Part shown: positions 13,673-25,775 of the stretch, in pieces
How the letters are laid out: every line of letters starts with the position of its first letter
How positions within the stretch are numbered: the first letter of the stretch is position 1
Source: Takakia lepidozioides
Lineage: Eukaryota > Plantae > Bryophyta
DNA length: 64,000 nt
Assembly (NCBI GenBank): GCA_030704615.1
Contig: CM060732.1
Coordinates: 67,146,001 to 67,210,000 of the forward strand
Direction: 5' to 3'
Notes under the pieces: model-generated
Database searches by the model: none
What the model was told of the DNA's origin: nothing
What the model saw: only the letters and a program-made list of their open reading frames with translations
Translations under genes and position numbers: made by a program

Positions 13673-14718
13673 CAAATTTGTTCCCTAGTTAGTTGAGATG
13701 GAAGACACATTTGCGGAAATAGTCGCAACATTGTAGAGTCTTTAGCTCCAGATGCAAGAACTTTGTACATCTGCCGCCCAATTGCAAGCTGATCAGTCTC
13801 AAGATCTTGACAACGCTCTCCACATTTACAACAACAAATTTCAGAGTTAAATGAGTCGAACAATGGATCTTCAACCATACGAGTCCCTACTGCAACAGCT
13901 CCTACTGCAACAGCTCCTACTGCAACGGTTCTTCTTCAATAGATTACGAGAGAACCAAAGATCGGCATGCCCGAGAAATTTGATGGGACGATATCAAGAT
14001 TTCGCGGTTTTGTTCAACAAGTACGACTATTCCTACGACTACATCCACAACGCTACCCCGATGAAGGTATTCAAGTGGGATTCGTGGGCACCCTTCTATC
14101 AGGCACTGCACTATCTTGGTTTGCACCGCTATTAGAAAAAAATTCACATTTACTATATAATTTTGAAGCATTCATGTTCAAGTTCACTGCAACGTTTGGA
14201 GATAATGATAGAGAGAGAGTTGCAGAAACAAAGATGCGAAATCTTCGACAATGAGCACGTCCTGCTTCTGTTTATACTGCCAAATTTCGACAACTTACGT
14301 GCGACCTCGACTGGAATGAGAAGAGTCTCATTAGTCAATTTGGACTATAAGATGATGTAAAAGATTTGTTGCTGACAATGTCAAACGTGAGCATACTGAG
14401 TGAATTCATCACCCAAGTCATTACATGCGATAATCGTTTGTTCGAAAGACGTCAAGAGAAGCGATCTGGATGGTCGACGATGCATCATGTCACTGCTACT
14501 ACGACACCAAACACAACGATCCATCAGACATCTAGTAGTAATCCTATGCAGATTGATGTTGTCCGATTCAAACCATTGACGCCACAAGAAAAACAAAGAC
14601 GGCGCTCGAATGGATTATCCCTCTATTGCGGAGAAGATGATCACATAGTATTAAACTGCCCCAACAAGAGAAGATTCAAAGCTCGGGGCACAACTCATGT
14701 GTTCGATACGAGGAGGTC

Positions 14719-14763
14719 GGAAAACGAAGATGTCCAGTCACAGTAGGGACCATGCGGCTGGAC
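14719..14763 (+). promoter_or_regulatory. -1 programmed ribosomal frameshift signal (gag-pol)
   Basis: G_GAA_AAC in the gag frame, 6-nt spacer, then stem GTCCAGTC (14732-14739) / GGCTGGAC (14756-14763). The pol ORF is in the -1 frame with no intervening stop. Confidence 0.7.
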
Positions 14764-15341
14764 ACCACAAATTTCTTACCGAAAAAATGTCGTTTTCTAC
14801 CTCCAGACCCTGCACCTTGCTTCATAGTTCCCGTAAAAATCAGAGTGCAAAATCGAGATATTGCTGTAGAAGCACTTTTGGACTCAGGAGCTTCAGCTTG
14901 TTTTATGGACAAAAACTTTGCGAAGCAACACAATTTAACGCTCGTAAAGAAGAAACTTTCGGTCCCCGCTGAAGTCATCGATGGACGACCGTTAGCATCA
15001 GGAAATGTGGACTATGAAACTCGACCACTTGAAGTGAAGCTTAAAGATCAAGCATCACATATTGTTTTCAATGTCATCCAGTCTTCAACGAATCCTGTGA
15101 TCCTTGGACTTCCCTAGTTCGTACTTCACAATTCCGACATCGACTGGCGATCGCAAAAAATTTCTGCAAGACAAAAATGTAGAAATATCAAAGGTATTCA
15201 ACCCCTATTCCTTGGAGCTAGAGCTTTTATGAGAGCTACTAAAATGGAGGCGACATTTACACTTTATGCGACTCCGATCAAGACCACAATAGACAAATGT
15301 ACTTCAACATTACCCGCTCAATATCAAGATTTCAAAGATGT

Positions 15342-18128
15342 TGTCATGGTTTTAGTCATGGTTAACTAGAATTACCTACTTCTAGTTAACTAGGACATTT
15401 TGGATATTTATATTTGTATTTTGTGTGTTGGGACTTCATTTCGTCTCACATGCCAAGTGAGGTGTCAAACCTCACTTGGGACATGGGGATGGGTTTTCCC
15501 CTTGTGAGTGTTGAGGAGGGTTCATTTTCTTGTAGTTGAGCCTCCATGAGCCTCTCCCATAGCTCTAGGTATTGAGTGGGAGTGTGGTGAGGGCTTTGTA
15601 GGGTGGATTCCTTTAGCAAAGGTGCCCTTGGCTTGACTTAGTTTATGTGATTGGGTGGATTCATGAGTGGAGTGTTTCCCTTGTGTTCACTTTCATTATC
15701 ACTACAAGAAGATCACCTTATGCTTGTGAGTGCGGAGTGTAAGGGTTAGTTTAGCACTTGTGTATTGAAGAGCTTAGGAAGATAGCTCTTGTGTTACAAG
15801 ACATATATTGCAAATGAAAATCTTTGTGGTGTTAGGGCTTTGAGAGATATTGCTTTGCCCTAAGGAGGTGGAGAGCTCAAAGATGGAGCTCTTGTAGATC
15901 ACAAGCCTTTGCAAGGAAAGGTATTTGTGGTGTTACACTAAGGTATTGGGGAACTCAAGAAGGAGCTTGTTTGCCACAAGATTTGCAAGGATTGCAAGAG
16001 GGAAGTCTTGTGTGTGTGGAAGCATGGATTCTAGGGTTTAAGAATCATTTCTATGCATTATGAAGTCAATGGTATGTGCCATGGCTTGAGGAGAGCAACC
16101 AAAGGATTATTAGTGCTCATTTCACTATCAATCTAGGGTTAAGCAAGCTCAATTGTGGATGTTGTGGAAGAGAAGCCAAGGAGCTACATAGGCTTGGGCT
16201 TGAAGACAACAAGGGCAATGCTTGGAGAGCATTAGGAAGCTCAAGAGGTTTGAAGGGAAGCATATGGGTGAAAATTCTATCCATGATGATGTGAAACCAA
16301 GCCTAGAGCATTGAAGAGCTTCGAGCACATGTGGGAGATCATTGGAGGTGGTCTTCATGAAGAAAAAAGATTGTGGCTCAAGGCATGCATAGCAACTTCA
16401 ACCATACATTAGCATGTGACAAGACAAGGAAGGGGAAGGTGAAGCTTATGTATTCATTCCCTTTTGGCTTAAGTTTTGTGGTGGATGGTTGATCAAGCAA
16501 GTGATGCTTATGTGGAGCATGCTTCCCAAGTGTGGCTTCCAATTTCAAGCTTGAGGAGAGCTAGAAGGTAAAGGGAGCAAGTTGATTCCCTTGTGTATGA
16601 GGTGATGCATGTGTGGAGCATGTTTTTGGCTTGAGCTTTGCAATTTCAAGCTTGAGAGGAGTGGCTCTTGAGCTAGCAAGTGAATGGAGCTTGAATGACC
16701 AAGGCTTGAGAGGAGACAAGGCTTGGTGGCTTGCCAAAGGAGGTACAAGCTTGATTTTGAGTTCTAATGAGAAATTAAGCTTGTTGTGTGGCCAATGCAT
16801 TGCTAGTTGAGTTGGAGACAAACTTGAGTAGCTTAAGGTGAAGAAGATCAAGGGAATTTGCCGTGGTACCCCATAGAATTCATGGATGCTTGAGGGGATT
16901 AAGCATAGAGCCCCAAGGAGCACAAACCTTAGCTTGGTAAGGCTAAACCTCAAGGAAATAGAGGGGGAAGTGGCTAAAGCTTAGGGGGAAATGAACTACT
17001 CTATGAGGGGGAAATGACTATTCTTTAGGGGAATACAAGGGGAATACGTATAGGCCCAGTGGAATATTGGGGGAATACTATGATATATTCTTAGGAATAT
17101 TCCTAGGGAACTTTGGGAACCCATTGGGAATGCATTGGGAACGCATTGGGAACATGGTGATATAGGAAGAGTCATTGGAGGACTGTTTGGGGTCCTTGGA
17201 GGACCATTTGGAGGACCATAGGCAGTCCTTGGAGGACTATTTGGAGGACTATTGGGAGTCCTTTGAGGACTGTTTGGGGTCCTTGGAGGACCATTTGGAG
17301 GACCATTGGGAGTCCTTGGAAGACTGTTTGGGGTCCTTGGAGGACCATTTGGAGTTCTTTGGAGGACTATTTGAGGTCATTTGGAGGCCAATATTTGGCG
17401 AGCTTGAGGAGTCGTTGGCGACTTGTGTGAGGGACTATTGGGGTCCTCGAGGGATAAGTTTTGGCAGGCTCTTGGGGCCTTGGTGTACTGTTTTGGAGTC
17501 CCATCGTGCAAGGATTGGGAGCCTTAGTGAGATTGTTTGAGAGACATATTCTTGAGGGCTCCTGGAGAGTTATTTGAGAGACCCTTGAAATATAGTCTTG
17601 TCTATTGTTCAAGCAAGAGAGTGTGGAGATAGGGTAGTGGGATGAGGGCCTACTGGGATTAGGAATTGCTTTAGTCTCTCTTCTTTGTAGTCTTTCACCC
17701 TCTCTGTAGGCCAAAACCTTTCCGTAGGTGGAGGCAAGAGTCAGTCCGGGTTTGGGCTAGGGTGTCATTGCAGGACACTGTGGAGTGTTTTTGGTGTGGG
17801 GGAGTTGTAGTCTTGATTTTCTTGTGTTTGGATCCCCTCCACACCTGCATGTTTGACTGTGCGCCATGTTAGCTTTGTGTGGGCACTTGTTTTCATAGGA
17901 GGTTGGTCCGGATTTGATCACCAGCCAATCCTAGAGTGTGCTGTCGGTGGTGAGGCTGGGGTGATGATCAGTCAGACCATCATTGTTTCTCTTATGGTGA
18001 GGCTGGGTTGATGACCAGCAGACCATATGAGTGCTTGCAGTGGATGCAGGTGCAGGTTTATGTTACGAACCTAGTAGTCTAAGCCATAAGCTGCAACAAG
18101 TTCTCTACCCGGTTACCTTGTGGAAAGG
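15342..18128 (+). mobile_element. Second LTR-retrotransposon family: long LTR plus leader, truncated, nested in the chromovirus pol
   Basis: Begins TGTCATGG directly after the pol codons FKDV. Extensive homology to 58978-61833. Possible LTR end GACA at 17777 (uncertain). Confidence 0.8.
17175..17390 (+). repeat. Tandem GGAGGACCATTT/GGGGTCCTT-type minisatellite inside the LTR
   Basis: Repeated 12-21 bp units that translate as the spurious LEDHLED ORF. Confidence 0.8.
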
Positions 18129-18515
18129 TCGAGGATGATGACCATAATTGGAAAAAAATGGAGTTTGCTTGGTCGAAGAATGTATAGTGTTGTTGTAGGC
18201 AAACTCAGCCAATGACAGAAGGTCCGTCCAATTATCTTGGTGATAATTTATCGTACAGCGAAGATACTACTCCAAAATCTGGTTTACACGTTCGGTTTGA
18301 CCATCAGTCTGTGGATGATTAGCTGTAGAGATGTTGATCTTAGTATCCAATATGTGAAATAATCCCCTCCAGAAATTTGATATGAACTGTGGTCCTCGAT
18401 CAGATACGATGTCCTTCGGGAATCCATGAATGCGATAGATATTATTGAAGAAGAGTCTTGCAGTTTCCTCGCCGGTAACCGTCTTATTACATGGAATGAA
18501 ATGTGTCATCTTCGT
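18129..18515 (-). mobile_element. Chromovirus integrase core fragment (inverted)
   Basis: HGFPKDIVSDRGPQF...HPQTDGQTERVNQILE...AEFAYNN...YGHHPR. Confidence 0.9.
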
Positions 18516-18574
18516 TTACCAGAAAGTAACTGAATTTTTTGTTCCAAGTGCAAGATGTTTGTTTCAGTCCATAC

Positions 18575-19005
18575 AAGCTCTTCTTGAGGAAACATATATT
18601 TTTTCCTCAACTACCTCCGAAATAAACCCTTCTGGCTGTGTCATGTAGATTTCCTCTTCGAGATCTCCATTCAATCTAACGTTGTCTTCACATCAAATTG
18701 GACTATGTCCATGTCAAGAGCTGCAACAATTGCTAAGATCGTTGTGATTGAGTCAATTTCACCACCGGGGCAGTTCTCTTTGTAGTCTAAGCTCTTCTAG
18801 AGGAAACATATATTTTTCCCTCATCTACCTCCGAAATGAGCCCTTCTGGCTATGCCATGTAGATTTCCTCTTCGAGATCTCCATTCAATCTAAACGTTGT
18901 CTTTACATCAAATTGGACTATCTCCATGTCAAGAGGTGCAACAATTGCTAAGATCGTTGTGATTGAGTCAATTTCACCACCGGGGCAAAGTTCTCTTCCT
19001 AGTCT
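18575..19005 (-). repeat. ~214-bp tandem duplication inside copia RT
   Basis: Two near-identical units starting AAGCTCTTCT at 18575 and 18789. Confidence 0.85.
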
Positions 19006-20024
19006 ATCCCTGTTTGTTGAGAATAGCCCTTCGCGACCAGCCGAGCTTTGTGGTGTTTGACAGACCCGTCAGAATTCCTCTTCGTTTTGAAAACCCACTT
19101 ACATTTTATTGTTCTTCTTCCCGGGGGGTAGCTCTTCAAGCACCCAAGTCTTGTTCTTTATGAGGGAATCATATAGTTCCTCATTCATTGCTGTCACCCA
19201 CTCTCGACTCTTCTTTGCTTCATCATAATCTCTCGGTTCATCTGAGTCTGTTTCTGCCACATGCATGCATATGAGTTCTTAGCCCCTAACTCCCACTCTA
19301 CATATCGGCTAGGTGCTTTTCTCACTATTTGTGGACACTAATGAACTGTTTTGGTAATGACTCTTAACTCATTATGAGCATCCATACCACTTGCAGTTGT
19401 ATCGAGTTCTGCAGAAGTGGATCGCGGCTGCATCCTCTCACTCGAGCTTGGTCTCGTCTCGATGACCTCTTGAGTATTAAACAATTTCGCCCTCATTGTT
19501 CTCACTCTCCACATGTAGTTGCACTTCAATTCCCGTGTCAGATTGCTAAGTCTATTGCTTCTCATCTTCTAAGATTTCATGCAACAAGACATCACGGCTG
19601 AAAGTTATCATCATCTTCACAAGATTCCACAAGTGATATCTTTGCTTCTTTCACTATAGCCAACAAGCAAATGCTTCTCGCTTTTCGGCTCCATCTTCTT
19701 GCGAAGTTGCTTTGGAACATGAATAAAAACACTGCATCCAAACACACGCATGTATGAGACTATACACTACAAACAGATCTTGGCTTTAACGTATGTTACA
19801 TTTGCCCAGTCGTAGCATATCTGTCTGCAAAATGCAAGGGGGCAATCCTGGTTGCCAATTGCGGCCACCAAAAGTCGTATATGCCACTTTGTACCTCCGC
19901 CACATCAGGATCTGTGATCAAACACATTTGACAAGATAGGGGAAGATGGTAGATACGAAGTGTGAGCAATTAGCCACCATCTAATTCAAGGATGAGGTAC
20001 AACTGTGGTGAGTTAAGCACGTAC

Positions 20025-20140
20025 TTGATCTCCGTTAGCAAGCTGGCGCCAATATACACGCCCGAAGCCTCCTTCCCCCAGCTTGTTGTCGTAGTTGAAG
20101 TTGTTTGTGGCTGCGTGTAACTCTCTCAATGAAAATATGT
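20025..20140 (-). pseudogene. Captured exon fragment of a receptor-like cytoplasmic kinase
   Basis: [29 protein letters not shown]...NGDQ followed by a GT donor; kinase subdomain I only. Confidence 0.85.
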
Positions 20141-20702
20141 TGTTCCTTTTATTTGTGTACAAAAATTTGAAGCTTGACGCAGTTAATTGTTTATTTGTTG
20201 TGGGAAGAATTTTTAACAATGTTGCTAGGATGGTGAAGACTGGGCTTTTCAATTTGTTGGGATGGTACACGACACTGTAGAAAACCTACCCTTCGCATTT
20301 GTTGAATGCTAGGATGACGTGGCATGGGAATGTATGACTGCACTAGTATTCACAACTACACGTGACGATTGTTGGTTGCCCAATGAATGTCTATGTGGCA
20401 AAGATAAATGGATGAAATAGAATGAGGACGTGACTGCAAATGACGACGTGTCTACATATCATTGCTCGCGTGTTGAAATATTGTGGTGTATTGGATGTAA
20501 GTGCATCTAACGGCTACAAATGATACGACTTCGAGGGTGACGTCGACGTACTGTGATTTATTTTAAATTGTAAGTGGTTTCAACAACTTCACTAGCAACT
20601 ACACATATATTTTAAATTGATGTAATTTAAAAATATATATTAGTAATTAAATAGAATATACAGTCATTTTAACTACTGATTTAATGACTATAAATATATA
20701 TA

Positions 20703-20958
20703 CCATAGCCTCCTATGTGGTCCAGCACTTATTAATTGCAAAAATGAGAAATTGAAATATTTGAAAATTATCAAGCTCAGGTGTTGAAAAAAACAATTTC
20801 ATTGTTTTCACATAAAATGTGCTATAGAAACTGAGTTTTATGAACATACTATGACTTTGTTGAAATTGTGGAAATTAAGTTTGGAAGTGCCGGACCTCAA
20901 TTCTTTCAAAAAAGAATTATTCAGGCTTCACGGTGTCGAATCGCATAGGAGGCTACTG
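20703..20958. mobile_element. Tc1/mariner-like MITE
   Basis: Imperfect ~26-bp TIRs with core TAGCCTCCTATG, flanked by TA; AT-rich interior. Confidence 0.65.
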
Positions 20959-21150
20959 TATATACAAATATATAAAGCTAAAAATACCTTCACATAATAA
21001 CATGGAATATATAATCATTTTATATACAGTTAGGGTGCAAAACGTTCAAAAACTTCAAAAAGTTGGCTCGAATTTAGGGTTGCTAGGTCGCAGAGTGGCT
21101 GGGACTTGTTTTTTTGGGTTTGCGTCTTCTTAGTGCCAAAGCATCATGAT

Positions 21151-21710
21151 AGCAGGCCGTGTTTCAATCTCTACCCGCTCGAAGGAATGTACCGTGGCCG
21201 CTCTCACAGACCTATCCGACATTACCTGACTATAGACACAAATAGCACATACAAGAGTCTTTTTCATAATGTACGATTGAAGAAGATTGTCCATCGTGCA
21301 AATGTGGGTTCTCGGCTCCTGTTAGTACCATGATTTGGTATTCTACCTGATGTTTACAAGGTTCTTGGGAGAGTCAGCTTTGTCTTAGCAGGTCGTGTTT
21401 CAATCTCTGCCCGCTCAGTTGCACCGTGGTGGTTCTCACGGACCAATCCGACATCACCTTACTATGGATACAAGCAGCACACACAAGATGTACGATGTGA
21501 AGAAGTTTGTCCATCCTGCAAATGTGGTCTGTTGGCTCCTGGTAGTACCATGATTTGGTTTTCTTCCTGATGTTTACAAGGTTTTTGGGAGAGTCAGCTT
21601 GGTCTTAGCAGGCCAGGTTACAATCTCTGCCTGCTCAGCTGCACCATGGTGGTTCTCACAGACCAATCCGACAGTACCTGACTACCGTACACAAGCAGCA
21701 CACACAAGAG
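21151..21710. repeat. ~220-235 bp tandem repeat, about 2.5 copies
   Basis: Units starting AGCAGG...CAATCTCT at 21151, 21387 and 21607. Confidence 0.85.
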
Positions 21711-22096
21711 GTTCTTTGGGTTGATGGACGGTCCAATCCTCCATGGGTCATGACACAAGGTCAAGGTCGACAATGTGGTGAGGGCACCTTCTTCTTCAAC
21801 CTCTTTCTACCTGTTTTATCCTCTCATCAGCTCGGCCCTAAGATTCATATTGAATTCTGTAAATTAGCTCGTTTGGTGGTGGTTAGGAGTGACTTTGACA
21901 AGTTACTGACAATGTGGCAGTGGGAAAGTATCCAAAAACAAATCTAACATAGATGAGGAGAAGCTCGTTGGTGGATCTATGGTGGTTTTGGAGTGATTTT
22001 GACGTGTTACTGTAGGTAGGGTTAGGGCGTCATGTCAGCTGCTTCAGCTGCTAGCTGTAGCAAGGCTGAGGATGTATTCACGATTTGTACATAAGC

Positions 22097-22770
22097 ATGG
22101 ATAGCTGAAGGAGTGCAGGGATAGATTGTAGGTCCAGATTCATCCGAGAGGCCCGGATTTCAAGCTCCAGATCGTATGTCTGTCTCTTGCTTAAGTGAAA
22201 GATGAAAGGTCTGGAAGCTGGAAACAGGTGCACACTCACATTATCCAAAGTTGATTCACGCCAAATGTTTTTCTACTCAACACCCTTGTCAACATGTATG
22301 TTAAGTGTGTGGAGCATCATGGATGCTCACCAAGTTTTCCACAGAGTGCCTCAACGATCTTTGATCACGTGGAATATAATGTTGGCAGGATTTACCAAGG
22401 ATGGGTGTGGTACGAATGCTTTGGAGACCTATGAGCAACTGCTGCGCGAAGGGTGAAGCCCAACCACATCACGTTTGTTTGTGTTTGCAATGTGTGTGCA
22501 AGGCTGGGAGCTCTAGAAAAGGGGAAAGAGGTCCATGGTGACATCGTCAAAGCTGGATTTGTACCAGATGTCATTCTGAACCCTGCCCCGGTGGACATGT
22601 ATGCCAAATGTGGGTGCATTGAGGATGCCAAGGGAGTGTTCAACACTATGGCTCAATGAGATGTGGTGTCGGAAGCTCAACCACATCATGTTTGTGTGCG
22701 TTTGTAGTGCGTGTGCAAGCCTGACAGCCCTAGAAAACACATGCAGGTCATCCATGATGTCCTCCCCCAT
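22097..22770 (+). pseudogene. PLS-class PPR gene fragment
   Basis: TWNIMLAGF, KPNHITFVCV, GKEVHG, MYAKCGCIEDAKGVF, with stops and frameshifts. Confidence 0.85.
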
Positions 22771-22942
22771 GTCTCACAGACTGGAAACAAGTTCAGGGAA
22801 GTTTTCTGCCTAACTTCATTTTCATCAGACAATTTCATGGCAGCAGACATGGCTTTGGCCACTACAGCCTCTAAGTTAGATTTATCCAGCAGACTTGCGG
22901 ATCCAGATTCAGATCCTTGAGAATTTTTGGGCATCCATGCAG

Positions 22943-24666
22943 GGGTTCAGCTACAGGGTCATTGGTGGCGTATGCACTCTCGATCATTGGCATTGACCCT
23001 GTCAAGCATGGTCTCTATTATCCTCTCCCAAGTGCATGTTTGTGAACCTTGATTGATGACAGCTCATATAGCCTCTACTTGCTATATTTACTACTCAACA
23101 AGGTTTTCATATGTGTAATGCTGAAGCAATAACTGAACCTGGACACGGACGCCAAGTCCAGGAGCTGTGAGACACAAGCTAAACTTGTTGCTGACATGGG
23201 GGTTGGGCATGCAGGGCTCCTATTTGAATGGTTTTTGAATGAGGAACGGCAGTCGTTGCCTGATATTGACACTGACTTTTGTCTTGAGCAGTGTGACAAG
23301 GTGGGTACAATGCCACAGAACTCTGCAAGCCCCAATACACCTGCATGTACGTGGGAAGTACCGTTAGGAGGGAAGACGGTTGACAGCTGGAGGGGAACAG
23401 GATGGCGCAACAAAGTGAATGAATTGTGCTGACAGAAACAGAGGCTGTTACAAGATGTAATTAAAGGAACTTTATGCCTTGGATTTTCTCCCGTAAAATG
23501 AACTAAAGCTGACGAGGGATGCCACAAGTGATTGCATATGTTACCAACAAATATGGAGAGGACCAGGTAGCACAAATCGCAACATTGACACGATTGACAT
23601 CAAAAGCTGTATTGAAAGATGTGGGGTGTATGCTGGGGAAGCCCGTGAATGTGCTGAGTTGATCGAGCTGGTCAAGAACTGTGTTTGATGTTTGGTTTCT
23701 CTAATTTAATGGTTTGGAGGTCCAATTTCACTTTATCTCCTTTTGGCATGTTTCACCTTACTTGAGGCCTTGGTTAAATTGATCTTGTGTCAGTTTATTG
23801 TGCTTCACCTGCTTTTATATGATTTCACCCGGGGATAAAATATATAGATGGATGGTAACAGGTGCCAAGTATTTGTGGGAAGACTATGAAGTTGGCAAAC
23901 ATGATAATAGGCAACTCTCCCTCCAAGAAGTTTGTCAAGCGCTATCATGAGAACTTGGAGGTTCATCCCTAATTGATTTCATGTTATCTTTGCTTAGCAG
24001 GTGGAACACAGTGATTTCCTCATCTTTTTCCTTGTGATCTGATTCTCATTCTGGGTAGGGTTTTAACCTTCGACATAAGTAAACATACAGTTTTTCTGTG
24101 TTCTGATTCCAGCTTCGGCTCGTTGAAATGTGAGCCAATACAGGATTGTCAATCTGTATGTCTCCCCTCATGAATACAAGCTATATAGCTATATCGACAT
24201 TATCCAAGGTCTCTTGGGAAGGTCTTGATGCTGACTCAAATCTATACTGATGGGGCAGGTGAAGGCGTGGGTAGACATGGCCATGGCATTGGAGGACACT
24301 CATAAGAGCTTTGGTGTGCATCCAACAGGCGTGGTCATTGCTCCTGCATCCTTCCCTCTGGCTAAGGTCATTCTCCCCAGGATTATTGACCCCGATTATT
24401 GACCCATGCAGGTAGTTCCCTTACGGCATGCCCTTGGTGAGAAGGGCATGGTGGTCACCGAGTACACAATGGATGGAGTTGAGGCCCTGGGTTTGCTGAA
24501 GATGGACGTGTTGGGTCTGAAGAATCTCACTTTGATAGCACTTGTTTACAAGCAGCTGGTGCATGATAACTATGGCTTAGAGCTGGTGCCATTGGAGAAG
24601 CTACCCACTAACAATATCAAAACGTTTGAGCTTCTTGCAGGTGGTCAACTTGACGGTATATTCCAG
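22943..24666 (+). pseudogene. dnaE: Intron-containing fragment of a bacterial-type DNA polymerase III alpha subunit; exons 22943-23010, 23215-23300, 23528-23670, 23862-23960, 24259-24366, 24412-24666
   Basis: [74 protein letters not shown] and GIFQ occur in DnaE order. Introns are GT-AG except one mutated acceptor (AA at 23526-23527). One frameshift near 23645. Confidence 0.9.
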
Positions 24667-25109
24667 GTTTGGTTTGCTTCTCTCTTCTGACTAGACAAAC
24701 ATATTGCAAGGTGCAGCAGAATAGAACTTGCATCAGAGTGGGAAGTTTCAAGAGGCTAACAAATGTTGACCACCTCGGAATAGAAGCCTTCTATACTCAT
24801 ACCTTGTCTCCTTTTGAACACGACCATGAACCCTTTCTGAACAAAAGGCTGGGGAGCTCTTCTATTCAGGCTATCCAGCTGAAACTCAACTGCTAAAAAA
24901 CTACATTGCTTGAGGCTGGACAAACTTCCTTACAAAAACGTGTTAAAGTCTCCTTTCACTGGACCCTAACGCCGGGTGGTGGTCTACCACTTCCACTGGA
25001 CGACATATACGCTGAAGTATAATAAGAACTTGACCACACAGTCTTATAACTCAAGAGTACAGATATGCAATTGCTTGCCTTGTAACATGGTCTGTAGAAC
25101 TCTACAAAT

Positions 25110-25775
25110 CTCACCAGCTTGTCATGTGTGTAAAGAGGTGCATGGTTGCATCACCAAAGCTGGAATTGTACCAGATGTGATTCTGAACAATACCCTCCTG
25201 GGCATGGATAGCTGAAGGTGCAAGGATAGAGAGTGGGTGCAGATTCATCCAAGAGGGCCGGATTTCAAGCTCCAGATTACCTATGATTCCCTGTGGAAGG
25301 ATAGCTACAAGAAACCTGCATAGGTAGATGGTCAACTGGAAGCCGCAGCAGCAGCGGCACAATTGATAAAATCAGGCACTGCTAATGAAGGCACCTACTT
25401 CAACACATGAGACCCTGTTTTTCCCTCTTATCAGAATCAGCCCTAAATTTCTATGATGAATTCTGCAAGTTAGCTGGTTGAATGAATGTAGTTTGGAGTG
25501 ACTTTGACATAATACTGCCAATGTGACAACATGAAAGTATCCAAAAACAGGTAACAGAGATGAGGACAAGGTGTGGAATGAATACTTTTTTGACCCCAGT
25601 CAATGGTGGGACAACCGAGGCAAAAAGGTGTATGCTTGTCAATTACCATTTGTCATTATGAACACTGCCCTGGTGGAAATGTATGCCAAATGTGGGTGCA
25701 TCGAGGATGCAATGTGAGTGTTCAACACTATGGCTGAATGAGATGTCGTGTCATGGAGTGCAATGCTTGCAGCCA
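25110..25775 (+). pseudogene. Further PPR gene fragments
   Basis: KEVHGCITKAGIVPDVILNNTL and NTALVEMYAKCGCIEDA...DVVSWSAML. 25207-25285 resembles 22100-22180 and 25458-25570 resembles 21852-21962. Confidence 0.75.

Larger units (their letters stand above)
13027..15341 (+). mobile_element. Ty3/gypsy chromovirus (Tcn1/sushi-like), 5' part: LTR, gag, protease; interrupted at 15342
   Basis: LTR TGTC...GACA 13027-13659. Gag PEKFDG...LSGTALSW...PMQID with a degenerate zinc knuckle and stops/frameshift. Protease ALLDSGAS. Confidence 0.92.

Noticed and set aside
17175-17540. LEDHLED repeat protein
   Set aside because: Translation of an LTR minisatellite.
22943-24666. Bacterial contamination or a functional dnaE
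   Set aside because: Spliceosomal introns and plant TE context exclude contamination. Truncation, a frameshift and a broken acceptor exclude function of this copy.
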